Source: Hormiphora californensis (Eukaryota; Animalia; Ctenophora). Taken from it: a stretch of 64,000 bases of DNA. This document shows, piece by piece, positions 1-33,053 of the stretch (positions are counted from its first letter, which is position 1; each line of letters starts with the position of its first letter). A model generated the notes under the pieces. The model did not search any database and was not told the DNA's origin. It saw only the letters and a list, made by a program, of their open reading frames with translations. The DNA is taken from positions 4,712,001 through 4,776,000 of the forward strand of contig CM035355.1 of the NCBI GenBank assembly GCA_020137815.1. Reading direction: 5' to 3'. A program made the position numbers and the translations under genes.

Positions 1-210
1 GATGAGTTGTTTTCTTGTGAACAGAAAACTTTCATCTTTTTTTCCATTTTTCACAAAAGGAGTTCAGAAATGCTTAAAATCGTTTAAAAACGCCTCAAAA
101 TGTCCGAAATTTTCGGGGGCTTCGCCCCCTCAACCCCCACCGGGGCTTGCAGCCCCTGGACCCTGCCTGATTATAATGGCGCCCGGGCCACACTGCCGCG
201 CTAACTAGTA
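1..210. repeat. Probable end of an interspersed DNA-transposon-derived repeat
   Basis: GC-rich GGGGGCTTCGCCCCC hairpin and CCCCTGGACCC motif typical of animal MITE interiors; the short ORF has no recognisable protein signature. Confidence 0.3.
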
Positions 211-488
211 TAGTCAGCTGGCTGCTCATGCCTCACCTCTGGACAGATGTCACCCGTCAATCAGGGGTATCCCGTGGGGTCTCGCTGAACCGTTTATTTG
301 ATGAGTATGAGACTTCTACCGCCCGCTTTCAGTTCATTTCATGAGAAAACTCAACTACTTTCTGCCTTAATTTAGTACTTTAGTAATTTCCCCCTGCCCA
401 GAAATTAGAATAACAATTAGCTTTTATGCTTTTGAAAAACGTCAATGCGTTGTTGCCTTTTTCGACCTTCTCTCCCCGCACCCTGCTA

Positions 489-567
489 GCATAAAATAAA
501 ATGGGTTTGAACAAATTATATTACAAAACAAAAGCTCTGCTCGGAGTAAACCCATTTTATTTTATGC
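489..567. repeat. Mini inverted-repeat element
   Basis: Perfect 20-bp inverted repeat GCATAAAATAAAATGGGTTT (489-508) / AAACCCATTTTATTTTATGC (548-567). Confidence 0.7.
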
Positions 568-704
568 AGTGCTTCCTCCATTATAATAGTTTGTCTCAAC
601 TTGTTCTTGTAATGAGAGAATGATTATTAAATCTGTACATACCAAATGTAACAGTCGTTCATCAGCAATTATTCCCAATTTTCTAACACCACTCCCGTCT
701 TAGA

Positions 705-1874
705 ATGCGTCGGTCCCAATCGAAGCGAGTGAGCTTCCACCAGGAGGTCACAGTAAAGGAATTCATTAAACGGAACAACAACAGCTCTCTCGAATCATTC
801 GACTCTCCCAGATCTCTACCGAGCTCCCATCAACGAGACCGCTGAAAGTGAAGACATGGACATTACCAGCTGTACCCCACCTGAACAATCATTTCGTGGC
901 GAGAGAACCATCATGGATGATATCGACATGGACATAACATCCACCTCATCTAACAATGATGTGGGGGAGCTAACGATGATGGTGAACGCTGATCTGGGTG
1001 GTGGAGGTGTTGCTGATGAGTGCCCTGATTTGACGGTTTATAATCCCACTAACATGGGAGGAGGAGGAGGAGGAGGGAAAGGGGGCCGTGTTGATGAGGA
1101 TACAATTGATAATATGATACACCATACAGGGTGGAGTTTTGATAACTTGAACCGGATTGTCAATGGTAAGCTAGACACAACCTCAACCGGAAATACTACA
1201 GTTGATGAAACATCATTTGTCCGTCGTAGTACCCGTCGGGTTAATAAAAGTGCTAATGACAGTCTGGTGATGAAAACACCCGTGGTAACTCTGACCAGGT
1301 CACGTAAAACAAGGAACTCTCCGTCTGCCAGTAAGCCTATCAATACTAGCTCAACCAGTAAATCCAGTCTCAAACAGCAACTCCCAGCCGCCACACAATC
1401 TCAATTAGCCCAACTTGGAGCGTTCAATATTTCAGACGCGTCTGCTCTGGCCGAGTTTTCCGATATTGACCTACTTGAAAATTTAACTGATAAAGATATG
1501 ACTGTCAACACAAGTGGTATGACATCATTTGCGGCATCAGAGAGGAGTTTGGTTGCAGATAGTGAACCGCCTACACCAGCCCAGGGCTGTTCAGAAAAAA
1601 GGGACCGATTGGAGAGATTGACGAGAGAAAATGAGGAGAGAAAGGAGAAAAACAATCGGTTGTGTGAGATTATTTTGGAGAAGTATCAGACAACTCAACA
1701 TCCGTTTGTGAGTAAGTGTGTCGAGGCTGCTGTGAGATCTGGGAGAGATTGGGACAAGAGATTTGCCGAGTTTTCCTCTTTCGGCTAGGTGATTTGAAGA
1801 AAAGTAAATGCCAAAATATTGTACTTATCCGCTTGGTAGCAACGTTGATAAAAGATATGCTAGAGCACTACAAA
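705..1874 (+). pseudogene. KNL1/Spc105-like kinetochore scaffold, frameshifted and apparently truncated
   Basis: ATG 705 gives MRRSQSKRVSFHQEVTVKEF (RVSF PP1-docking motif). A +1 shift joins ORF 856-1788, which has MELT-like repeats (EDMDITS, IDMDITS) and a coiled coil. A second shift near 1780 continues LGDLKKSKCQ...EHYK to a GT donor at 1875. No downstream RWD exons seen. Confidence 0.55.
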
Positions 1875-2096
1875 GTTTGTATTAACCTATTATCATTCAT
1901 CATTGCCAATTCATATTTACGTGTGTTTTGTTAGATTCGCCTATTTATTTTGAACCATTCCCTCCCGCCCAATCCCACTACAACTCAGCAGCGGCCGCCG
2001 CACGTCACCGTTATAGGGGATGTAGCGCGGGGACGCGCACAATGTTACACTCAATTTGTTTACCCGCTCTCTCTATGTGGCGCTGACAAGGGATCC

Positions 2097-2147
2097 AGGA
2101 ATAAGGTGACAGACAGGATCCCGGATCCTGTCTGTCACCTTATTCCT
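2097..2147. repeat. Perfect 25-bp hairpin
   Basis: AGGAATAAGGTGACAGACAGGATCC (2097-2121), 1-nt spacer, exact reverse complement (2123-2147). Confidence 0.85.
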
Positions 2148-2820
2148 TGCCATGCTACGCAGTCTGTCCATTCGGTCCCTTAAGCGTAAGCTCACACCGG
2201 TGTACCCTGTATTCTGTTGATCACCTTACTCCTAATATTGATACCTTGGACAAATAAAACACAAGGAATTCATTGCTAAAAGACACATTTACATTTCATG
2301 CACCAAACAACGCATACCATCAAATGAATCCGATAATTCTCTCATCAAGCTTCAAAATATCTTAAAATATCTGTTTTATTCACATTCCTTGTGTGTATGT
2401 ACAAAAAGCCGGTTCAAACTCTCACTTTTTACCACTTGTTTTCGATATATGAGTGGTGGCCAGGCAACAAACAATTTTAAAATACACTTCAACAACTAAA
2501 ACATTCACATTTCCCATGTTTTATAGTTCTATGGCAGTTTGTTTTAGAAGATCGGGGGCTGAAAGAATTAGGACTACTATCTCCATCTTCATTTTAAAAC
2601 TATTTCCCACTCTGAAACTGTCCCTGGACATGCACTCAACCTTTGTTTATCACATCGCCATTTTTTCTAGTCCGCACCCGAACCTCCTTCAATTTTCGCT
2701 CTCACTCATAATGCTTGTTGCTTACTCAACAACATAATGCGAGATTCTCAGAGAATTGAATGAGGGTTAGTTCTCTCAGTAATGACACATAGTGGGTCAC
2801 AAGATTCACACAATGTCTCT

Positions 2821-24064
<21,244 letters not shown>

Positions 24065-24882
24065 CTTTCTGTTTCTGACTGTTTCTTCACTACACTGCTA
24101 TCACTATCTTTGGTTAACCATGCTACATTCCTTGATTCCACCTATACCCTGACAAAACAAGATATAGAATTCGTCATAAAAATTTGCTAGTGGACTTTTC
24201 TACGGACGACGAGGCTGTCCCAGCGGCCAGCAAAAAGCAATTTTCCCGAAATTTTAAAATTGGAGAAATCATTGGTAACCATCATGACGTTGTTGTGGGT
24301 AGACGAATTTAAATAAACCACAAATGCAAGCGGTGTGTCAGCAAGAGGTCGTGCGTCAACGTCAAAAAAGACTGTCCAAGTATTTTTGAAAAGCGAAAAC
24401 TTTTTTGCGCTTCAAAACAAACCTAAAATTTGCTTTGAATTTTGCGCGCGCATAACAACAAGTTTGTTGCGCGGCGCCTCGCTTGCAGCGTTCTTTACAA
24501 AACATCCATACTTCCGTTTGTTACTCCCATTCCACATCCGGCTTCAAAAAGTAAAACACATCATATGCGACAAGGTAAAAACGGTAACCAGAGTGTGTTC
24601 AACATGTCAAAAACCTCATAATCGTAGGAGTAATTCAAACTCTGTGTCTCAGATAAATGAGAGAGCCCCCCGTAATCAACTCGCGTGTAAAAGAGAGAAA
24701 GGAAAATAATTTAACACCACACAAGTATGTGGCTAGTCTACTACACACGTGTTCATGACTCATGCTGTAGACTGTGTCCCGGGTCAGTTTGCCCGTACCA
24801 TAGAGAATGGAGCAGGGGTGAGGCCCTGGTACCATTGTAATACAGTAGGGCCTGCTCGAGATGGGGTATGGGGGCGTGGGGG

Positions 24883-27800
24883 CTACTCTTTTGTATCGGT
24901 AGCAGGTTCAACTTCTTCTTTGATAAAGAATTCAACGGTTTCCTCAACAAACTCCTCCTCAACTGAATCTACAGAGAAGTTAGAAGTTATAGTTAGACTA
25001 GAACAGTAGAGGGGATTTATTAAAGGCTGCTAAACAGAATTTAATCTAGGGAGAATCGGGAGGTGGTTAGCAACAGTTCGAGCCATGTTTTATTCGTGAG
25101 AAAGAAACATTCGGAACATGTCAAGGACAAGTTTCAGGTGTTATGGGACGTGTGGACTGTGGGCCACAGTGGGCCATACAAGGCAAATAATAATGAGCGA
25201 GCCACCGCTAATCATTAGTTACCTGATCGGATCTCCTCGTACTGCAGACAGAGTGCTTTGAGTTCCTGGTCCTTGCGTTTCCTGTATGCCATGTACTCGT
25301 CATACACACGTCTTCGCTTCTCAATGAGCTCCTAGAAACATATTCAGTTGTCAGTGAGGTTTGGGAATAACAAATATATCTTTAACAGTCAAAACAATAA
25401 ACAGTTTGTGGTAATAGCTGACCTTGGACGCCTTGGATTTGGATAGTTTATCCTTGATCTCGAAGTCCCGAGCGTATGATTTCATGTTCTTTTTGATCTC
25501 CTTCAGATGGGCATCCGTAAGTAGAGAGGGGGGTCGTGGTCGCCACTGGAATTGGACGAACCCTTCCAGGGATGTCTCGTACAGTTTTGTACCTGTGAAG
25601 AGTGATTTGTTTATAAAAACGTCGCGTGTGGAGTGTGCCACGTGATGCCCAAATATGGAGTGTTTCACGTGATGCCCAAATATGGAGTGTGCCACGGGAT
25701 GCCCAAATATGGTCTGAGATTGTTCAAACCTTGGAAGCTCCACATGAAGTAGCCATTCTCAACAGAGTGTCCACCATACGAGTTGGAACTGCACACATAT
25801 CGACCGGTGGGATCCCAAGCCAAGTGCGTCACCTAAATAATGTTCGGTATTTAATAATTATCTCAAAACAGCCTGTTTTGAGGTTTCTCACACCACCATA
25901 TCTGTCTTTGTTGGAGGAGGGGGGGAGCTCTATTTTCTCAGTCTTACCATGAAATGTTCTCCAGCCTCCATCATAGTCGGGGTATCACTGCCAATGTCCC
26001 AGAACTCCAGGACCCCATCGAACGCAAAGTTATTGAGGCCAGCTAGCACACAATACTGTCCCAGAGGACTCCATTTTATCGTGTTGCATTTCTTGTTAAC
26101 CAAAGTCTTCCCGATCTGGGCAATCTTCTCGCCAATTCGGTAGAAGGAGACATCAGTTCGGCCTTGGTCACCCTGAATCAGAGCAAAACGAGGTCCCTTT
26201 GGATCCCACGAGAGTGATAAGACCTTGCCTGAAAAATAATGACATGAAGGACTACTGGGGAGTGTTAAAAAATCCTAACTTTTTGGCATGAAACCCCAAA
26301 ACTATTTATAAAATCATCCTATCTTACTTTTGATTTCAAAGTTTTCAACAGGAACGTCCTTCTCTCGCAGCCTGAAAATCTCAAACACGTTCTCAGACTC
26401 CCTGTTCTTCATAATCCTGTCCACTTTCACCGCCAGATAATTCCCAGAATTCTGCCAGAAAATCTCAATATTTGTCACATTGAAGAGATTCTTTGAGGCG
26501 ATTGGTTCACAACTTGGTAGGGCCATGATTGTTACACGAGCAGGAATATCCTTGTTCTCACTCTGCCAATATGCAATCCAGTTCTCACAGGGGCACCAGA
26601 CGAAATCCCTGGGGAAGTTGCGTGTTGTGAAATATAAACTCTATTTAGTTTCATTTTAAAGTTTAACAACATTTCCAGAATTGAAATTTAAAACATTTGC
26701 ATAGTTGATACTAACCTGATATTTTGTACGTTCAGTTTCTTGTTGAGAAGCTTCATTGATGGGGTAGTGTAGATGGAGAGGTTATCCCCGGTAATGGTTG
26801 CAAAATATTGTCCATCGTGACTCCACCTGAGCGAGAAAGATGTGTGTGATTGTAGGGTGATTCAGAGACCACCTCTGATAAATTAACCTAAAAAAAGAGC
26901 AAGCTGTGAAACAGATTTCATTGTGAGTGTGAAAAGTTCCGAACACAGGAAGTCGGGGACTTTTCCATTGCGAAAGCGCGGTGGGGAGTGGTAAAAGTCA
27001 TCGGCCGCGCGAAATTTGGCGGTCATTCTCTTGCAAGTGTGTTACCGCGCGTTACGTCAATGATCTGACACCGAAGTTGGGGCCACGGCACCAGCGGGCT
27101 TGAGGAATTGAAAGGTGGGGGACACTGGCAGAGCATCCGAGAATGTTTTGTTTGAGCGAGTGTGGCATTCTAACAGGTGTGAGTTACAGCAAGTGCAAGT
27201 TTTAATAAAACAGCATCAGCTAAAATAACCAGTCATACAACAAGCACATGAAATCTGGCTCTGAGAGACAGTTACCCTTAATTCATAAACATAAAGAGAC
27301 TTCCTTTCTATACTAAGTTAGTTCACTAGAAAGGAAGTCTCTTCATGAATTTCACCGCCAAGGTCACCCACACGTGTGAAATCTCGCCTTTTATCAAAAC
27401 TTACTTGAAGTAGGGCCAGTAGTTCAGGACGGGAAGAGTAAAAGCTCGTCGGTTTGTTTCAGAACGTGTCTCCCAGATAATCAGATTTTGAGGGTCCTCG
27501 GGGGAAATGGGCTGCTTGCTGTATGTTACAAAGTACCTGAGAGGAGGAGAGAGGAATGTTCAGTCATCTCTTGTAATATCGACCAGTAATGATTGGCATC
27601 TGGTTAATACCAGTGTTGGGGAATCATTACCCGGGAAATGATAACCTAGAAACTGTTTTCTCAGAACACAGGTAATAAACAAGTGACTCCAAAACAAAAT
27701 GATAGATACACATAGCAATTACCTTTCACAAGGCGAGAACTGGAAATATGAGACCTGGGGGTGGATAAACCGAGCGACCCGTTTGAAGTTGGGACCACCC

Positions 27801-29080
27801 CACAGGGCGATTCCCTGCTTGTGACAGGTGGAAAGATAGGATCCTTTGGGTGAAAACTTAATAACCGACTCTGTCCACGTCTGAGAAAGGGAGGAAGAAA
27901 GTGTTATCATTGAAAATTAGTATTAAAATGCTATGTACTATAGGAGTAATTTGTATAAAAACATAAATCTTGGATCTAGTTGTATAACCCCAGTCATTAC
28001 AACTAACCTCACGTCGCTGCACTAAGTTGGCTGAGTCAGGTCCACAGCTAAACACACCAGTAGTCCTATTCTTGCCATAAACAATAGCGAAATGATCAAA
28101 GCAGTCGGCATCTTGAAGCCATGATTTTAGGTTTTCTTGGGGTTGGTATGGTTGGGGTGTTGGTTGAGACCACTCGTCTGGTACATTCATGTAACTGTGA
28201 AATGAGGGAGTGGTCAGAACCAGTAAACAAATTAAAATTGTTTTCTAAATTAGGGGATATTAACTGAAATAAATATGTTTATTGTTTACAAGTGTCGGCA
28301 CTGTTAGGAATCACGCCAACGCAAACAATTATTGCTAATGAATTCACCTAACAATAATTGATAGTTTCGGCCATGATTCCTAACAGTGCCGAAATCGAGA
28401 TGGACCTACTTTTCAAAGTCAGATAGTCGATTTACAGCAAAACAATGGTTCCTGTCCAATCTGTGTCCGTTCAAACTGGAGATGGCAGTAGTGGCTTCTG
28501 TGGCCGTCTTGAAAACGATAAACATGTATCTGTGGGGAAGGGAGCGCGAGGGGTAAGATAGAGAGGGGAGAGAAAGACAGAGAGTGGAGAGATAGCTATC
28601 TCAGATACCGATATCGAGAGAGATAACGAAACATATACAATAATTCCTACCCTTTAGTATTATCCTCATCAGTAAGGGGAATGTGATGGGAGGTGATTGA
28701 TCCACATTTTCCAAAAATTGTCAGAAGTACTTTGGTGAGTTTTGGTAACTTTTTGCTATCAATAACAGGAATATTATCAACTATCACTACATTTTCTAGT
28801 GAACGCTCCTTTCTGGGCCTCTTGCCAATGTAATCTCCAAGTAACACTGAGGGAGAGATTTGGTAAATTTTGGGCATTATATATCGAAAACAAATTAAAT
28901 TTTCAGCTAATATACAATCGTCCCATCTCAAAATGGCAGTCACAAAGCCCTTCGAAATACATGTATCACACAGTCATGGAACTTACCAGAATCATCGATG
29001 TCTTCAACGAGTTGTTCAGCCTCGGCAATATCGTCCGGATGGTGAGCTCCCTCCGACTCCCCTAAACTCAGAGCCGTCAT
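24883..29080 (-). CDS. EIF3B: Eukaryotic translation initiation factor 3 subunit B, multi-exon
   Basis: RRM exon [73 protein letters not shown]; ATG at 29080, last exon [16 protein letters not shown], stop at 24883. Confidence 0.93.
25628..25712. repeat. 29-bp tandem repeat x3 in an eIF3b intron
   Basis: TGGAGTGTGCCACGTGATGCCCAAATA-like units. Confidence 0.85.
27294..27343. repeat. 17-bp stem hairpin in an eIF3b intron
   Basis: AAGAGACTTCCTTTCTA / TAGAAAGGAAGTCTCTT. Confidence 0.7.
28295..28392. repeat. Mini inverted-repeat element in an eIF3b intron
   Basis: 19-bp inverted repeat TCGGCACTGTTAGGAATCA / TGATTCCTAACAGTGCCGA. Confidence 0.7.
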
Positions 29081-29797
29081 GGCAGGGGCTTGCTAAACAC
29101 TAAACACAGGAAATTAGTTGTGCAAAACTGAGCGAAAACAGACAAAGCCGTAATAATAAAATCAGACAACAGGCGCTACCTACTCAATTGGTTAGCATTT
29201 AACAATAGCATCAAAAAGCATGGCTTTAAAAATCCGGGGTGATACCAGACACACATCCATATAATAATTTCCAAAATGTTAGTCCGATAATTGTTTTCTC
29301 CCTACTCCTCCTACAGTTTTTGAGCTAGACCCTGAAAATTTGTACACTGGTACTTGGACCAAGGCGGGTTGAAGTACGGGCTCAGATTTTTGATCCGATC
29401 TTTACAACAGTGACGTCACGGGGTGACGTCATTGCGCCAAAAATACTTACATTTTTCAAACGCTTCTAAGACCCTGAAAACGGCCTAAATCAAAAAACTA
29501 ACGCAATAGTGGGGAAAGAGAATCGTTTGAATTCATTTTACATGATAGCGATTTCCCGTAACTCAATGTTTAAGGGTGTAAATCGCGTCGGGAAAGTTAA
29601 AAATGCCAAAAATACGATATTTTTCACGTAGCCACCAAAATCTTATCCAATCGATATGAAACTTGGTCGTTATGTGAACTTTAATGTCCTTTGGCCAGGG
29701 GTTCCCGGAAAACGGATTGGCAAGATGAGAACTGACCGGAGTTCTTATAATTCTAAATTCACGAATTTGGAATTTTTCGTCGACTTTTTTTGGCGAC

Positions 29798-30024
29798 ATA
29801 GGGATCCCTAATAAAGTTGTGACTTGTCACCAAACATGTGGTTCCCGTGGCGGCGCGGCTTCAAAATGCGCGATTGTAACTTGTCACCGCATGGTTTACG
29901 CCGCGCCGCAGCTACGCGCAGTGGGAACCACGTGCGTTTTGGTACGCGCACACGCGGTGACAAGTCACAACCGCGCCTCCGCAAGACTACAGTGACAAGT
30001 CACAACTTTATTAGGGATCCCTAT
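29798..30024. mobile_element. Small MITE with self-palindromic ends
   Basis: 33-bp TIR ATAGGGATCCCTAATAAAGTTGTGACTTGTCAC; internal repeats of the GTGACTTGTCAC-like motif. Confidence 0.75.
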
Positions 30025-30856
30025 AAAACGCGAGGAAATTTTCAATGAATTTTAAAATTTTACACTGCGCGCGTAATTCTAGGTTCCGCGCGCGGCGTAA
30101 AAAAGCAGCGCTTTTTTGGAAAAATTCGCGCGTTACAGTAAATGATTTACCAATTACCATTTACCAGGTCACGGGTTCCCAGCAAACGGGTACTCTAGTC
30201 TAATGAACAATGCTTATCAGTTATCGGTCATAACTCCGAAATCGCTAACACTAAATCCAAATTCCGAGGCATTAATTAAGATCATATGTTTAAGTTTAAG
30301 TATTCTCAGCATCATGATCAACTACCAAACTTTCGGGAGCGCTCTTCCATTACCCAATGCCCATGGATTTGGCCTTTTAGCAGTTTGCAGCATATTTGAT
30401 TCTGGATGACAGTCAGACATACACCGTAGTTCTCACTTCTCTGCTCATACAGTTAAGGGATACATCAGGTTTGCACTACGTGGCCTGAATCGACCAATCA
30501 CGGTATGCGGGTCACGAATGCGGGTCGGAGGCCGGAGCTACTCTTGCCTTGTTCGACCCTCCCTCCCCGCGCCCCGGGTTTGAAAGGTTTGAACAAAATA
30601 AAGGCCAAAGCTACTCTACGCTGTGACTTGAGAATGTTCAAAAAGGTCACGAGCCACGTGGTTCTGATGGCAGACCTGGATATTTCTACCAGTTCCTCAC
30701 ACCTGACACCGCTCACGCCTCACACCGGTCATAGGGCACAAATTTTACCTCAGTGGACAAACAGAAGACGAAGTAAAAAAAACACAAACAAGAACAATAA
30801 ATTACAATAAATTACCCACACACCGTCATACTCTCATACTCCCTCAGTGGACAAAC

Positions 30857-31011
30857 TAAAGTCGGATTTTTTGAAGTTGTCACCCCAAAATGACGGCGCG
30901 TGTGAAATTTATCAATTTTGACGCGCACACCACACGTTAACATGTGATGTGACGCGCAAAAACATTCCGCGCACGAGAAGGGGGGTGACAACTTCAAAAA
31001 ATCCGACTTTA
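30857..31011. mobile_element. Short TA-bounded MITE, uninterrupted copy
   Basis: TIR TAAAGTCGGATTTTTTGAAGTTGTCACCCC; a second, interrupted copy lies at 46659-48207. Confidence 0.85.
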
Positions 31012-31446
31012 CAAAGCCGACGAAATTCCGGGAAACTCCGGAAAAAAATTTTCGTCAGAAGTTTAAATTTTATAAATTTTGTCGCGCGCCACAATCATGC
31101 AACGCAGGTTGTTTGATTTCCGCGCGCTACATTCGAAGCAGACGTAAAAGTAGCTCTTCAAAAAATAGTTCGAGCGACGTGTTTTTTTGTCACAAAACTC
31201 TAAAATTCTTGTGTCTGGTGCTTCGTCTAGCATATTTCATTCTCCGTGTGCCAACACAACACTTTAATGGTACACCCGCACAGTGTGTTCCTTTCTTTAC
31301 ATCTCTTCTTTGAAAACCTTCGAGTCTCGCATATTTCTGACTCTTGCTGAGCTCTCACCCTAATTTGAATCTTAACTCCGACCAAAAGTGTATTGGTTTA
31401 AGTAGCTACAAATCCTCCTAAATTTGGTATTTGTAGCTCTCCCCAC

Positions 31447-32484
31447 ATGTCCCACAACCATCTGTCCATGACGAGGCTGAACTTTGCCGGCCAGATCCAA
31501 CTTATAATTGGACCCATGTTCTCTGGGAAAACGTAAGTTAACAATACAACACAAATGTGTCAAGTATCAAGGGCAAGATATGATATTGAAGTTCATGTGC
31601 GTTGAAAATGTGGGATAAGTTTTATCTATTTTATTTAATTTTGATCCTAAACTAATAAACATCCTCACCTAATTGCAGAACAGAGCTGATTCGACGGGTA
31701 CAGAGATACAGCATTGCCCAGGCTCGGTGCCTGCTGATAAAGCACAGCAAGGACGACAGATATGATCAGGATTGTGTGATAACTCATGACAAGAGAACGA
31801 TAGTTTCCAACAAGTACATAGACAGGACCATGACCCACAACCTGAAACATCTTGCTGAAACTATCCGGGTTACTGATTACGAGTGTATCGGGATCGATGA
31901 GGCACAGTTTGTAAGTTAAAATGAATGAACCCACATCACACATGAGAGACTCAATCTGAGATTCGACCAACTACCTATTATTGAGTGATGATTTTGATTG
32001 ATACTGGAATATCTTACCCTTCTCTCAGTTTTCAGGTCTGGTTGATTTCTGTGACTTTGCTGCCAACTCTGGAATTGTAGTGGTAGTGGCAGCATTATCA
32101 GGGGACTTCGAGAGGAAGAGCCATGGGGGAGGTGACGCGGTTAGTGCCCATTTGTGAGGAGGTGACGACCCTTAAATCCATCTGCATGTCATGCTACAAG
32201 GATGATGCGTCGTTTAGTTATCGAATCAACGTGGATAATAGAGAGGTTAGTTATGTGAAGTTCATGCTTCTGGATCTAATATTTCCCTCCAAAGAAACCA
32301 TCTACTCACAGCTCAGAAAGAGTTATTTGAACTTCCTTTTTATATAACTTTTACTAACTTCCCTTGTCTCTAGCAGGTTGAGTGTGTGGGAGGTACTGAA
32401 GACTATAAGGCCATGTGTAGAAAGTGCTACATGAAAACCACCCAAAACGACAGGTGTCCACTGACTGGAAACAATGGTTCATAA
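31447..32484 (+). CDS. TK1: Thymidine kinase 1 (4 exons)
   Basis: GQIQLIIGPMFSGKT|TELIRRVQRY, GIDEAQF, VVVAALSGDFERK, SICMSC, VGGTEDYKAMCRKCY. Confidence 0.93.
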
Positions 32485-33053
32485 TATGACGTCATCATAT
32501 CTATGACAGTATACAGTGACCGAAAACTTTCATAGTGTGACTGATAACTATAATTCGTGTTGGTACTTGGTATGATACCGATTGTTGTCTATTCGATAAC
32601 TTGTTCTTTTTATTTAGTCTGAGATCTTTTTAATTATATTAATATGAGAACAGTTTTTAATAACTCCTTAGATCTACTAAAATAAGTGTCTGTAATACTT
32701 TTTCAGCCAGTATTTAGGTGTCGCTTTATAGTTCAAGTAGTGTATCAGCAACATCAATAACGCATTTATAAGCTTTGTACTGGATAATCTATGTTTTGAA
32801 AATCTATTTACAAATTACGATATTCTATTCAAGTTGTGCATGAGTTGCTCGAAAATTATTTTTAATTCATTTCTATGCAACAAGCAACTGCTATTTATGT
32901 GTGTGGGCTTTATATGCACCGTTTATTATCTACTCTGTTTGATTAAATAAAACACAAATTAAAACAACCAACAAACTATCGTGTTTTCAGTACCTCTACA
33001 ATCTCTTCGATCTTTCCTAACTTTGTCCAAACTCCACCCTTTCATTTCTAGCC

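Noticed and set aside
27294-27343. miRNA precursor
   Set aside because: A short perfect stem typical of the many mini inverted repeats here; ctenophores are reported to lack canonical miRNA machinery.
30360-30760. U5 snRNA loop or spliced-leader RNA gene
   Set aside because: GCCTTTTAG differs from the U5 loop and lacks its stem; the GAG|GTAAAATTTG segment does not resemble the ctenophore leaders I recall.
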